A DNA stretch of 64,000 nt from Candidatus Latescibacterota bacterium (lineage in GTDB: Bacteria; Latescibacterota; UBA2968). The notes below the pieces were generated by a model that was not told the origin of the DNA, made no database searches, and saw nothing but the letters and a program-made list of their open reading frames with translations. The stretch spans positions 4,544,001-4,608,000 of the forward strand of contig OZ242311.1 in NCBI GenBank assembly GCA_965207885.1, read 5' to 3'. This document shows, piece by piece, positions 1 to 10,364 of the stretch. The position numbers were made by a program, and so were the translations under genes. Position 1 is the stretch's first letter. Each line of letters starts with the position of its first letter.

Positions 1-1726
1 CAAATACATCGTCTCGGGTGTCAATGCCTGCAGATAACCAGAAGGCAGGGAGATATTCAGATTCCAGGACCTGGATCGCATCGCGAATGAGCATATGTTC
101 AACTTGATACCCCACGTTGAAACCTCCCCAACTATGGAACAAAACCTGCATGCCCAATCGAGCGCGAAGACGCCTCTCATTATACACGCCCTGGGATTGC
201 TCTTCAAAAAAAGCCACCCGCTCTTGATTCCAGCCCTGAATCTCCCCGAGAAAACTCAGGCCCTTAAATGAGCGAAAAATTAAATTCATTTCAGCAAACT
301 TCATAGTAGTACCCAATAGGCCGCGCAAATAAAACTCTACTGCGCGACCATAAACATTTTGATGTGCAAGCTCGGCCAGTGCCGAAACCCCAAAATCGTT
401 GTCGTAACGAAGTCCCATTTTCAACTCACTTGGGGGGTTTTCAAGCACCTGAAAAACCAATTCGGTATAGTCTTCATGGTAGATAACCTGATAATCCACC
501 GTTTGAAATAATCCGGTCGCATATAACCGGCCAGATTCGCGTTCCAGTTCCCGAAACGATGTCGGCTTATTGATGAACTTTTCCAACTCTGCAATGGAAA
601 TGCCTCTTGTGTAGCGCTCTAAACCCTCAATCCGTACCCTGTCAATCACAATATCCGATGGTATATCCGCCCAGGTTCTAAAATCAAAATCATCTGGCAA
701 CATCGATGGTCTTGCCTTTTCAACGCGCTTTGAAATTCCAAGCACTTGCAGAGTTTTCCAGATTGAATCCAGATGTTTCTCGGCTTCTTCTTCACCAAGC
801 GGAATCACTGTATGTGAGCGATTAAAATCGCCGCTATCAAATCCCTTTAAATCGGGCACCATCAACACGTGGGCGAGTTGTCGATGTGCCATTTTTTTTT
901 CTTCAATTCGAAAACTAACAGCCTGATCAATGACGTCAATGATATCTTCAAATTCGTGTTTTTGAGTGCGCAAAGGCGTGGCACAATCCACGGCAATAAC
1001 AAAATCAGCACCAGCGTCTAATGCGACATCTACAGGCAAGTTATTGACAATGCCGCCATCTACGAGAAGAGTTTTTTCTGTACTCACTGGCACAAACACT
1101 CCCGGGATAGAAATACTCGCTCTGATTGCTGTGCCGAGCGAGCCATTTTTAATCACGACCTGTTCGCCAGCTACAATATCTGTTGCAATTGCGCGGAAAG
1201 GCGTTGGCAACCGATCAAAATCGTTTCGCGCCCGATAAGTTGCGCCAATAGTCAATTGATAGAGAAAATGCTGAATCTTTTGCCCCGCAAAAACCCCATA
1301 AGGCAATTTTAGATCAAATTTATCGAGGCGCAATGCAAGCATCTGGCGATCAACTATTGGTTTGCGATGCAAATTCAACAGACGGCGATCAGGGCTATTG
1401 CTGGTCATTTCCCCCCAATCTGTTTCTACAACAATGCGTTCAAGATCATCAACAGAATATCCGGCAGCATACAATCCTCCCACCAGAGCACCATAACTTG
1501 CGCCCACGATCAAATCAATGGGAATGCCTTCGCGCTCGAGCACGCGCAACACGCCGATATGTACCCCTCCACGCGCGCCTCCCCCGCTGAGCACCAGTGC
1601 GACCCGGGGCCTCTGTTTTGCAAAAGCAGGAAGCGCGATAGACGGAGCAAAACCGAAACACAACAAAAAAACAAATAGGCTTTGAACTATGCCGTATTTT
1701 GTTACATATAACTTTTTGCCTGTCAT
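1..1726 (-). CDS. Patatin-like phospholipase with POTRA/Omp85-type C-terminal region (PlpD-like); runs off the left edge
   Basis: Not in the ORF track. Manual translation from ATG at 1726 gives a signal peptide, RVALVLSGGGARG, the GASYG nucleophile elbow and the LVDGG motif, then a POTRA-like segment (RLYATGLFQTVDY). Confidence 0.85.
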   Translation of the reverse strand, partial: MTGKKLYVTKYGIVQSLFVFLLCFGFAPSIALPAFAKQRPRVALVLSGGGARGGVHIGVLRVLEREGIPIDLIVGASYGALVGGLYAAGYSVDDLERIVVETDWGEMTSNSPDRRLLNLHRKPIVDRQMLALRLDKFDLKLPYGVFAGQKIQHFLYQLTIGATYRARNDFDRLPTPFRAIATDIVAGEQVVIKNGSLGTAIRASISIPGVFVPVSTEKTLLVDGGIVNNLPVDVALDAGADFVIAVDCATPLRTQKHEFEDIIDVIDQAVSFRIEEKKMAHRQLAHVLMVPDLKGFDSGDFNRSHTVIPLGEEEAEKHLDSIWKTLQVLGISKRVEKARPSMLPDDFDFRTWADIPSDIVIDRVRIEGLERYTRGISIAELEKFINKPTSFRELERESGRLYATGLFQTVDYQVIYHEDYTELVFQVLENPPSELKMGLRYDNDFGVSALAELAHQNVYGRAVEFYLRGLLGTTMKFAEMNLIFRSFKGLSFLGEIQGWNQERVAFFEEQSQGVYNERRLRARLGMQVLFHSWGGFNVGYQVEHMLIRDAIQVLESEYLPAFWLSAGIDTRDDVF

Positions 1727-1748
1727 CTGGCTTTCTCGGCTTTGAAAG

Positions 1749-1790
1749 ATTGAAAAGAGCCGATCCATTTCCGGACCGGCTCTTTTCAAT
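1749..1790. terminator. Intrinsic terminator hairpin, probably bidirectional
   Basis: ATTGAAAAGAGCCG...CGGCTCTTTTCAAT inverted repeat just downstream of the DUF1080 gene. Confidence 0.7.
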
Positions 1791-1814
1791 TATGACCTCA
1801 ATAATAGGGCCTCT

Positions 1815-2561
1815 CTACCCCTCATCATAATCAGTCAATGGACGGATCCAGATATTCCGATAGCGCACGGGATCTCCGTGATCTTGTAGCATCAACGGCC
1901 CGGTAGGCCCGTGTGGCGTATCGTAATTCGACACATTCCTGTGCCCGGTCGGTCCCATAGCCTCTTTGCGGTTGTGCAACACGACACCATTCAAAAACAC
2001 CGTCAAATAAGCGGGCTTCACCAGTGAATCGCCATCGTATTCCGGTGTTTCAAAAACAATATCATAAGCCTGCCATTCACCCGGCGGACGCGTCGCATTC
2101 ACCAGCGGCGAAAACTGACTGTAAATCGCGCCCGTCGTACCATCGGAATACGTCGGATTGTCATATCCATCCAGCACCTGCACCTCGTATTTCCCGATCA
2201 AAAACACACCGCTATTTCCCCGCCCCTGACTGCTGCCGCGCACTTCTGATGGACAGGCAAACTCTATGTGCAACTGCACGCTCCCAAACTCATCTTTTGT
2301 CTGGATATTTCCCGTACGGGGATTCACCTCTACATACCCATTCTCCACTGTCCAGGTTGGATCTCCACCATCGCGACTCTGCCAACTGGACAAATCCGTA
2401 CCATCAAATAGCACCACGGCATCCGATGGCGCATCACCTGCACTTGCACCCGGCGTCACCACGCGCGGTGCTGGACGATTCTTATCGTGAACTCGCCACG
2501 GTTGATTGGGCAACATCGGCGTATCGTCATACCCCACCGGCGTGTGTTTTTCTGCTGCCAT
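1815..2561 (-). CDS. DUF1080 / 3-keto-disaccharide hydrolase family protein
   Basis: VLFDGTDLSSW, GNSGVF, YEVQVLD and LMLQDHGDPVRYRNIWIR motifs. Confidence 0.9.
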   Translation of the reverse strand: MAAEKHTPVGYDDTPMLPNQPWRVHDKNRPAPRVVTPGASAGDAPSDAVVLFDGTDLSSWQSRDGGDPTWTVENGYVEVNPRTGNIQTKDEFGSVQLHIEFACPSEVRGSSQGRGNSGVFLIGKYEVQVLDGYDNPTYSDGTTGAIYSQFSPLVNATRPPGEWQAYDIVFETPEYDGDSLVKPAYLTVFLNGVVLHNRKEAMGPTGHRNVSNYDTPHGPTGPLMLQDHGDPVRYRNIWIRPLTDYDEG

Positions 2562-2766
2562 TTCGTTTCCTTTCTAAAATGAAGTGAATATTTTATCGTG
2601 AAACCATGATCATAAAAATACAAAGATGTGTCAAGCGGGATTACAAATACAGATCGCGCTCGCAATTTATCGCATTAAATGAATCATTACCCCGTGTTTA
2701 CCTGTCCATATATTAAGACAGCCAAAATAATTTGGTTTATTGCCCAAACGCGCTTAAGGACAAATC

Positions 2767-3741
2767 ATGAAAATTCTCCGCACAGAACAAAACGTTCCAT
2801 CTCTTCCAAAACCCAACCAGTGTCGCGTTGTGTACTCCGATAAACTCCCACCCGTTGAACTAATTACCGCAACATTTGTATATGCATTCGACGGAGACCG
2901 CTTGCTCATGACACATCTCAAATCGCGCGGCTGGGACCTGCCCGGCGGCCATATTGAATCTGGCGAAACACCTGATCGTGCAGCCCGTCGAGAAGTCTAT
3001 GAAGAAACAGGCGCCCGTCTAAATCGAATAAGCATTTTCGCCCACATCCACATGCACATTGACGGACCTGAACCTGATAATTACGCTTATCCTTATCCCG
3101 ATTCCTACATGGTCTTTTACTGGGCACATATTGACACACTTGAAAATTTTAACGAAACCGACGAAGCATGCGAACGCGGTCTATTTGGCCCCGAACGAGC
3201 GCGACAAACCCATTATATCACGAACAACCGGGAACTCTATCACACTGCATTTGAATGCGCCGTTGACCTGACCCCCAAACCCGAAGCTTCCTGGAAATAC
3301 AAAGCCTTTGCTCTCATCCTCCGTCCAGATAATTTGGGATACAAACTCCTCGCCCTTCACTTTGAAGACACACCTGCAATGCCCCTGCGTTTTCCCGGCG
3401 GGAATTTGGACCCGGGCGAAACCCCAGAAGAAGCTATGTATCGCGAACTCTACGAAGAATCGGGCCTGGGGCGCTTAAAAATCCTTCGCAAACTCGGCGT
3501 TCACCACTATTACAAATACTATATCCAATCCAATGTCGAACGGCACGACTATCTCCTCCTCGCCCCGCGCAACACCCCCGACCAATGGGCCCATATCGTC
3601 ACAGGAGAGGACGCCGACGCCGATTACACCTTCAACTACCAGTGGATAGAAGCCGATGAAATCGATAGCCTCTCCGACGAACTCAACACATTTGTCACAC
3701 CCGAACACATTCCCGAACTATTCAATAATAAATCCCACTGA
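2767..3741 (+). CDS. Tandem (two-domain) NUDIX hydrolase
   Basis: Two Nudix boxes: GGHIESGETPDRAARREVYEETG and GGNLDPGETPEEAMYRELYEESG. Confidence 0.85.
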   Translation: MKILRTEQNVPSLPKPNQCRVVYSDKLPPVELITATFVYAFDGDRLLMTHLKSRGWDLPGGHIESGETPDRAARREVYEETGARLNRISIFAHIHMHIDGPEPDNYAYPYPDSYMVFYWAHIDTLENFNETDEACERGLFGPERARQTHYITNNRELYHTAFECAVDLTPKPEASWKYKAFALILRPDNLGYKLLALHFEDTPAMPLRFPGGNLDPGETPEEAMYRELYEESGLGRLKILRKLGVHHYYKYYIQSNVERHDYLLLAPRNTPDQWAHIVTGEDADADYTFNYQWIEADEIDSLSDELNTFVTPEHIPELFNNKSH

Positions 3742-4510
3742 TATCCCACCCAAAGACAGACACATCTACCCATCCGTTACCGTCCCCTCCTGCATTGATC
3801 TCAACACCCTCGCACTCCAGCAACGCTCGCTGATTATCTACATGCGGTGTCAAATACCCTTTTGAATCCAAAATGCGATGCAGGGGATACGCCTGTCCTG
3901 TCACGCGCTTCATATAGGTGGGCAACACGCGGTAATACGAACGCGACACCCCCAGAACATCCACAATCTGCTTATACGTCATCACCTTCCCAAAGGGAAT
4001 CTGCTTTACAACCCAAAAAAATCGATTCGAAGTGCGATCGGGCACAGGATCATAACACCTGGACAAAACCCTGACCGGATCGCCTTCACAAACGACACCA
4101 CCCGTCAACACCACAGCCAAAAACCCCCTCTGATTCACCAATGACTGAATCGGTTTTACGCCCAACGTCCCGATATACTTGCACACCTCACAATGATACG
4201 TCAGCCGAACTGTAGCGGAATCCCCGAATTGCAACACCGACCCCGATGGCAAATCGTCCAGCGGCAACCCGGAGACAACTATATTCTCTCGCAAATCACC
4301 CGGCTGCAATTTGAACTTATTCAGAGTCTCCAGAGCAACCAAAAGCACCTGCCGCGGACCAACAACACCTGCATTCGCATCGCCTTCAATGCCAAACCGA
4401 GAGCGCAGCAAAAATTTACCATCGCGCGGTCTGGATAAAGGCATCCCCTTCTCTATCTTACTGAATAAAGAAATGACGCGCCCCTGTGTATCTATCTGCA
4501 CACTTTCCAT
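3722..4510 (-). CDS. MOSC-domain protein fused to a C-terminal MGMT/alkyltransferase-like DNA-binding domain
   Basis: MOSC motifs GIEGD, RQVLL, PGDLRENI, CEVC and VLTGGVVCEGD; C-terminal VKQIPFGKVMTY...YPLHRIL. Start set at 4510, which overlaps the upstream stop (TAATG). Confidence 0.75.
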   Translation of the reverse strand: MESVQIDTQGRVISLFSKIEKGMPLSRPRDGKFLLRSRFGIEGDANAGVVGPRQVLLVALETLNKFKLQPGDLRENIVVSGLPLDDLPSGSVLQFGDSATVRLTYHCEVCKYIGTLGVKPIQSLVNQRGFLAVVLTGGVVCEGDPVRVLSRCYDPVPDRTSNRFFWVVKQIPFGKVMTYKQIVDVLGVSRSYYRVLPTYMKRVTGQAYPLHRILDSKGYLTPHVDNQRALLECEGVEINAGGDGNGWVDVSVFGWDISGIYY

Positions 4511-5175
4511 TATCCCGACATCCATCCACCTGCGACCCGTGCCAACTCTTCCATCACGGGTTCATCGGTATTTCGCCGCTTCAGAATTTTAAATCCGTGA
4601 TCCGCGGTATCCACCACCTGAAGCATCGCACCCTTCAGATTATCCACCACCGGTTGCAACAGTTCTAAATTCGCCATCTTATCCCGCTGACCCGATAAAA
4701 ACAGCATCGGTACGCGTACACCCTTCAAATGCTCGGCGCGCTCTGTATTTGGCTTACTCGAATACAGCGGAAAAGCGAAAAACACAATACCCTTCAGCCC
4801 GTCAACAGGTTCTTCGGCACAAGCCATTGACACCATCCGCCCGCTCATCGAATGCCCGCCGGCAAAAACCGGCAATCCGCGTGCCTGCTTCATCCCCATC
4901 TCTATAGCCGCCCGCACCGTTGCCAACCGCACCTTCTCCCCATCCATACCACCACCGCCCCTCTCGGAATAGGGATAATTGAAGCGCAAAGTCGCAATCC
5001 CCACATCGTTCAATGCATCGCTCAGTTCCTGCATAAAAAGATGCCGCATATTCGTCCCCGACCCGTGACCCAATACCAACAATGCCTTTGCCCCATGTGG
5101 TCGCGCGTACAAAGCCGACACCTCACCCTTTTCTTCGGTCGCAATAAATTTCAACTCCTTCGGTTCAACAGCCAT
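4510..5175 (-). CDS. Alpha/beta hydrolase (KANL3/Tex30-like family)
   Basis: LVLGHGSG, LRFNYPY, AGGHSMSGR elbow, LSGQRD and ADHGF motifs. Confidence 0.8.
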   Translation of the reverse strand: MAVEPKELKFIATEEKGEVSALYARPHGAKALLVLGHGSGTNMRHLFMQELSDALNDVGIATLRFNYPYSERGGGGMDGEKVRLATVRAAIEMGMKQARGLPVFAGGHSMSGRMVSMACAEEPVDGLKGIVFFAFPLYSSKPNTERAEHLKGVRVPMLFLSGQRDKMANLELLQPVVDNLKGAMLQVVDTADHGFKILKRRNTDEPVMEELARVAGGWMSG

Positions 5176-5896
5176 TTAGGTCTCCTCTCCTATCCATGTA
5201 ATATGAGAAGCCCGCGGCGTAGCGCAAAGCGGGCCACAGCGATCATCCGTCAACTTTAGCTTTACCAAATAGCCCGTAAAGCCCACAGCCTTGATACACA
5301 AGCCCTAATCTCTCCACCAAAACGGGGTAACTCCAGAGATCTCAACGCGGCGATAAACATTCACAGGTGGGGACGTTCACCTATGCAGGAGGCCGCGTAA
5401 GACTGGGCTTGTATAGACAGCAACGGCTGTTGATCGCACAATCCCTGCTGAAGCAACGGGGTTTAGAATCCCACAGGCTTCAGACGTGGGAGTACGTCAA
5501 AACAATGGGATCACCCGACTCAACTGCCCGATTAACCTGTGCCCAATCGAGATGTCCCAGACGAATTTTGAGCCGCCGAAACATCTCAAAATCACCCGAA
5601 TCTCGCACCATCCCCCAGGAAAGATAAAAAAAGCGGTCCGCGGGCCTACCCTGTGCATAAGGACCCAAAAAATTGGGCGAACCATCGGGTTTCTCACCAA
5701 CCCTGAACTCGGGATAAAATACCACCTCGCGGCGATCTGCGGGTACCTGATCAATAACCTCTTTGCCATGCTGTATGCCGAGGTAAACAGGTTCTTTAAC
5801 CTCGGGATCGTGACCGTATGGATCTTCAAAACGCGTACCGGGCAATTCGGTACAAATCACTTTTAATTTCAAACATGTATTGGTTATTTTTCGCAT
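5176..5896 (-). pseudogene. DUF5990-like gene interrupted by an IS200/IS605 mini-element
   Basis: N-terminal part (LGIQHG, GPYAQG...RFFYLSWG, MFRRLK) reads to ...GDPIV at 5501. The C-terminal VKLKLTDDRCGPLCATPRASHITW resumes in frame at 5265 and ends at the 5176-5178 stop. Confidence 0.75.
5266..5500 (+). mobile_element. Non-autonomous IS200/IS605 derivative with a TnpB C-terminal remnant and omega-RNA/right end
   Basis: Inserted 3' of TTAC and ends in TCAA, with no target duplication. AAAG and GAAT guide tetranucleotides precede CCCAC hairpin arms. Encodes RDLNAAINI (TnpB RuvC-III). Confidence 0.85.
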
Positions 5897-5921
5897 ACAT
5901 AGCTCCATTAATCTACTGGAA

Positions 5922-6248
5922 TTAGAAAACAGCGACCTGGATATATCCATCTTTTTGATTTTTGGGTTTCTGCTTTACGGTCAAGGTAACATTTTGATCG
6001 AGTTTGGTGAGCCAGCCCATCAAACGATCAAAAGTAAATCGTCGAAGTTCACGCCCTCGTTTTAGTTTTGAGATGTAAGACTGATCGGTGCCGAGAATTT
6101 GGGCTGCTTCGATTTGTGTTAGCCTTCGTTCCTCGATAAGCCTGAGAATGGCCACCGCGAGTTTGGCTTTTGCATGCATACCATCTGAATCCTCGACGTT
6201 GAGATCGGCAAAAATATTGCCACTACCGTTCTTAATTATATTTGCCAT
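5922..6248 (-). CDS. XRE-family HTH regulator (HigA-like antitoxin)
   Basis: GSGNIFADL N-terminus, LTQIEAAQILGTDQSYISKL helix-turn-helix, FTFDRL. Confidence 0.8.
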   Translation of the reverse strand: MANIIKNGSGNIFADLNVEDSDGMHAKAKLAVAILRLIEERRLTQIEAAQILGTDQSYISKLKRGRELRRFTFDRLMGWLTKLDQNVTLTVKQKPKNQKDGYIQVAVF

Positions 6249-6429
6249 CGTTTATACTCCTTTGTGATATTTAATTATGTCCTAAAAGCCATAAAATTGC
6301 AAGGAATAAAAGAGCGATTTTGCCGTTTTCTATAAACAAAAACCATACTTGCATCAATAGATAGAACTGCGTATAGTGTGTATCTAAATAATTCGGCGCA
6401 GGCTCAACGCAATCATTCAAAGGAGACCT

Positions 6430-7788
6430 ATGCAACCCAACATCATCTTGATCAACTGCGACGACCTCGGCTACGGTGACCTCGGCAGTTACGGCTCAAC
6501 AATCAACAAAACGCCAGCACTCGACAAAATGGCTGCAGAAGGCATAAAATTCACCGACTTCTACATGGCATCTCCCGTTTGTTCGCCCTCTCGAGGAGCC
6601 ATGCTCACGGGCTGTTATCCTCCCCGCATTGGCTTTGGCTCTTTTGACGGGCGCTGGGTCCTCTTCCCCGGCCAGGGTGTGGGATTAAATTCCAGCGAAA
6701 TCACCATCGCCAAACTCCTCAAAAACAAAGGCTACGCCACCAAAATAGTCGGCAAATGGCACTGCGGAGATCAGCCAGAATTTCTGCCCACCCGTCACGG
6801 ATTCGACAGCTATTACGGCATCCCCTATAGCAACGACATGGGGATACAAAAAGAAGACGACAAAAATCCACCCCTGCCCTTATTGCGCGACGAGGAAGTC
6901 ATCCAGGCACAACCCGACCAGCGCGGCATCACCGAACGCTACGTCGAAGAATGCGTCCGCTTCATGCGCGACAACAAAGACCAGCCCTTCTTCCTCTACC
7001 TCGCCCACATGCACGTCCACCTGCCCCACTATCCCCCCGAAGCCTTTGTCCGCGAATCTGAAAACGGCGTATATGGCGCGGCCGTCGCCTGTATTGACTG
7101 GGCAGCCGCCGTCATCTTCGACGAACTCAAAACCCTGGGACTCGATGACGACACCCTCGTCATCTTCACCAGCGACAACGGCTCGCGCGCCCGCGACGAA
7201 GGCGGCAGCAACAGCCCTTTGCGCGCCACCAAAGGCACCACATGGGAAGGCGGTCAGCGCGTGCCGTGCATTATGCGATGGCCCGGCAAAATCCCCGCAG
7301 GCGAAGTGTGCAGCGAACTGACGATATCCATGGACTTTTACCCCACGCTTGCAGTTCTCGGTGGTGCAGAAGTACCCACCGACCGCATCATCGACGGCAA
7401 AGACATCCGCCCGTTCATGTTCGCAGAAAAAGGCGCAACATCGCAACACGAATCTTTCTTTTACTACAAACGCAACAGCATCGAAGCCGTGCGGAGCGGC
7501 AAATGGAAACTCCACATCCGTAAAGACGATCAAGAAATCAGGGAACTATACGACCTCGAAGCCGACATCGGTGAAACCAATGACATAAGCGAACAACACC
7601 CCGACATCGTGCGGGATCTCAGAGCGCAAATTGACGCCTGTCGCAAAGACCTCGGAGACGATGCCGCTGGCATAACAGGCGAAAACATCCGCCCCGCTGG
7701 CCGCGTTGAAAACCCCGATACCCTTACGCATCTCGACCGCGACCATCCCTATATGATCGCCATTTACGACCTCAAAGAACGGGGGTAA
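6430..7788 (+). CDS. Sulfatase (arylsulfatase A-like)
   Basis: [17 protein letters not shown] formylglycine motif, GKWH, FTSDNG. Confidence 0.92.
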   Translation: MQPNIILINCDDLGYGDLGSYGSTINKTPALDKMAAEGIKFTDFYMASPVCSPSRGAMLTGCYPPRIGFGSFDGRWVLFPGQGVGLNSSEITIAKLLKNKGYATKIVGKWHCGDQPEFLPTRHGFDSYYGIPYSNDMGIQKEDDKNPPLPLLRDEEVIQAQPDQRGITERYVEECVRFMRDNKDQPFFLYLAHMHVHLPHYPPEAFVRESENGVYGAAVACIDWAAAVIFDELKTLGLDDDTLVIFTSDNGSRARDEGGSNSPLRATKGTTWEGGQRVPCIMRWPGKIPAGEVCSELTISMDFYPTLAVLGGAEVPTDRIIDGKDIRPFMFAEKGATSQHESFFYYKRNSIEAVRSGKWKLHIRKDDQEIRELYDLEADIGETNDISEQHPDIVRDLRAQIDACRKDLGDDAAGITGENIRPAGRVENPDTLTHLDRDHPYMIAIYDLKERG

Positions 7789-7789
7789 T

Positions 7790-8539
7790 ATGGTCCTCAC
7801 GCCCGAACAAATTGCCGAATTCAAAGCATTGGGATATACCCTCGTACCCAATCTAATCAATCCCCCGGTATTGGACAATTGGCGCACGCAAATTCGCGCT
7901 AAATTCGGCGATCTCTCTGACCCCGCCCAACAAAACGCCGCAGGACCGCCCCAACAACATCGCGAAGACATCACCATATTGAGAGGCTTTCGCTTTTCCC
8001 CAAAAGAAACACAACTCGTCAACCAGCCCAAAGTCAAAGCCATTGTCGATCACATGAGCGATGGACAATTTTGCGGAGAAGACGGCAACCTGCGCCTGCT
8101 CTTGCCCGAACCCGAATGCGAATGGTGCTTGCCAGAGCGCGGGCACATCGACGGTTATCTCGGCAGACGGCGCACCATGCCTTTTCTCCTCGGATTGGCG
8201 ACCTATATCTACGACGTGGAACCGCACGGCGGAGGCACGGTCTTCTGGCCGCGCAGCCATATCAAATCATGGGAATTTCTTCGCAAATACCCCGATCACC
8301 TCAACCACAGCTTTAGAGAACACCCCGAATATCTCAACCTGGTCAAAGATATTCAACCCGTTGAACTGCATGCAAAAGCGGGCGACGTCATCTTCTGGCA
8401 CTGCAACATCCTGCACGAAACCTCTCAAAACACCAGCAACAACATCCGCTATGGTCTTTTCGCCCGCCTGCCTCACAAAGACCAGGAGACATTCCGAGAC
8501 GAAATACCCGATGACCTCTGGAAACGTTGGCGAATATAG
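7790..8539 (+). CDS. Phytanoyl-CoA dioxygenase (PhyH) family Fe(II)/2OG oxygenase
   Basis: LTPEQIAEFKALGY, HID, GGGTVFWPRSH and AGDVIFWHCNILH motifs. Confidence 0.8.
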   Translation: MVLTPEQIAEFKALGYTLVPNLINPPVLDNWRTQIRAKFGDLSDPAQQNAAGPPQQHREDITILRGFRFSPKETQLVNQPKVKAIVDHMSDGQFCGEDGNLRLLLPEPECEWCLPERGHIDGYLGRRRTMPFLLGLATYIYDVEPHGGGTVFWPRSHIKSWEFLRKYPDHLNHSFREHPEYLNLVKDIQPVELHAKAGDVIFWHCNILHETSQNTSNNIRYGLFARLPHKDQETFRDEIPDDLWKRWRI

Positions 8540-8574
8540 GTAAGAGGTAAAAGGTGAGACGTAAGAGGTAAGAG
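8540..8574. repeat. Degenerate 7-bp tandem repeat (GTAAGAG) x5
   Basis: gtaagag gtaaaag gtgagac gtaagag gtaagag directly after the PhyH stop codon. Confidence 0.7.
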
Positions 8575-8679
8575 AGACTTTGCCAAAGCCATCCAACCCA
8601 AAGGCGAAAAAAATAAAGCCAGGTTAGCTGGTTAACCTGGCCGTTCAAAGAGCACTCGTATCAAAAAAACAAACCGCCA

Positions 8680-8997
8680 TTACCTTTCGTCTCTTTCTTC
8701 ACTCACGATCTTTGCCATAGACCCTTTGAACTTAGAAGTGATTCTAAGCACTTCCCTCATTGAAGCCGCGTCATCCGCAGTCTCTCGGCTCAAATCCAAT
8801 CCCCACAGGTCATCTTCATGCAGATCGCCCAATGGTTCCCGAGAATGATTGACTTCTTCAAGTTGCTTTTCAAGCCTTCGCTTAACTTCCTTCAGATCAT
8901 CGGGGGGAAGCTTACAGAGGGTATCAATGAGTTTTTCGAGGTTACGATCGGCGTCTTTGTCAATACCAGTCATCTTTTCTCCTAAAAAATTTGGCAA
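8680..8997 (-). CDS. Small hypothetical helical protein, possibly antitoxin-like
   Basis: Charged 105-aa ORF ending GSMAKIVSEERDER; true start may be the downstream ATG (MTG...) after GGAG. Confidence 0.5.
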   Translation of the reverse strand: MPNFLGEKMTGIDKDADRNLEKLIDTLCKLPPDDLKEVKRRLEKQLEEVNHSREPLGDLHEDDLWGLDLSRETADDAASMREVLRITSKFKGSMAKIVSEERDER

Positions 8998-9411
8998 TGG
9001 CTTTATAGACCACCTTTAATACGATACCCTACTTCTGAAATGAAGCAACCAATAAACAAAAAGGATTCGCGCCAACAAGTAAATAGTTACTAACTCACGT
9101 TACGCAAGAACCACCACCACCTGGTCAAGCGGTACATATCTTTCACCTGACTGCCCATTCATGGCTCAAAATGTACCCTCTCGCCTTTCATCTGTGCCCT
9201 TCCCTGTTTTCACAAGGACATGCCTGAGGATTAAATTCAGGTTGTGAACAAGTGTGCAATACAGCATATTTAAAGCACAATGTAGTGTTCAGGCGTCTTG
9301 CCATGCCAATGCAACATCGCTCAATTCTGTGATAATTTCATTTTTGGCCTGATATTTGCTTTGTGTCTGACTGTCCCACGCACTCACCCCATCAGACGCG
9401 AGGCATATCAC

Positions 9412-10311
9412 ATGGCAGACATTGGCACCATATCCAAATACCTCATTCAACACTATCCCGACCACTTCACCCGCTTCGCCCTCGCGCGAGACGACGTCGA
9501 GGTCATTGAGATCATCGAAACAGAGCAACCCACGGTCAGAGCACGCCGCGGCGACAGCTTCATTCGCGTGCGAATCGATGGTCAGGAGGCATTAGTCCAC
9601 AACGAGTTTCAAACGACCGACAGCACCAATCCTCCCATGCCGCGTCGCATGGCGGGCTATATCGGATACGCCATTGAGCATCACGGTCTGCCGATCTATT
9701 CCAATGTCATCTACCTGCGTCCGAATGCGGGACAGAACGATCTGGGATATTACATTCAGGAGGTTCCCGGCTACGAAATCGCAATTCGGTATCGCGTGAT
9801 CAGACTGATCGAGATAGAAGGCCAACCCATCCTGAGCACGGGGCATTCGGGGCTGATCCCTTTCACGCCATTGATGAAACCACCTGAAGGGATGGCCTCT
9901 GATGCGTGGTTGCATCAGTGTATTCACACCGCTCGAACGCACCCCATCGCTCGGTCACCCAAAGCCGATTATCTGGCTGGGATGGTGGCGTTGAGCGAGT
10001 TGGTGTATGATTCTGAAACCATTTCTGCTGTTATTTTTCAGGAGGACATCATGGATCTCATCCGCGAATCATCACTTTTTCAACACCTGGCCCAACAAAG
10101 CAGAGAGGAAGCCAGAGAGGAAGGAGGCAGACAACGCGCCATTGAAGATCTCCTCGACGTGCTGGAGATTCGATTTGATATGCCCGAGACACACCCCCTA
10201 TCCACTCGCATTGCCGCCGCCATTGACGATTTACAACGCCTCAAGCAGTTGCTCCGTACGGCGGTCCAAGTGCCCAATCTCGACGCATTTCAGCGCGTAT
10301 TAGATGCATAA
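9412..10311 (+). CDS. Rpn/PD-(D/E)XK-like putative transposase-invertase family protein
   Basis: RGDSFIRV...LVHNEFQT, MPRRMAGY, VIYLRP and a C-terminal LEIRF...LKQLL tail; ATG at 9412 preceded by GAGG. Confidence 0.7.
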   Translation: MADIGTISKYLIQHYPDHFTRFALARDDVEVIEIIETEQPTVRARRGDSFIRVRIDGQEALVHNEFQTTDSTNPPMPRRMAGYIGYAIEHHGLPIYSNVIYLRPNAGQNDLGYYIQEVPGYEIAIRYRVIRLIEIEGQPILSTGHSGLIPFTPLMKPPEGMASDAWLHQCIHTARTHPIARSPKADYLAGMVALSELVYDSETISAVIFQEDIMDLIRESSLFQHLAQQSREEAREEGGRQRAIEDLLDVLEIRFDMPETHPLSTRIAAAIDDLQRLKQLLRTAVQVPNLDAFQRVLDA

Positions 10312-10364
10312 CGTGATTTCCATAAGCCTGACGAGGTACAGGGACACCGCTATAAAAATAGGAG

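Noticed and set aside
966-1678. Plus-strand ORFs listed in the track
   Set aside because: They are antisense shadows of the patatin gene on the minus strand; the same applies to most short overlapping ORFs across the window.
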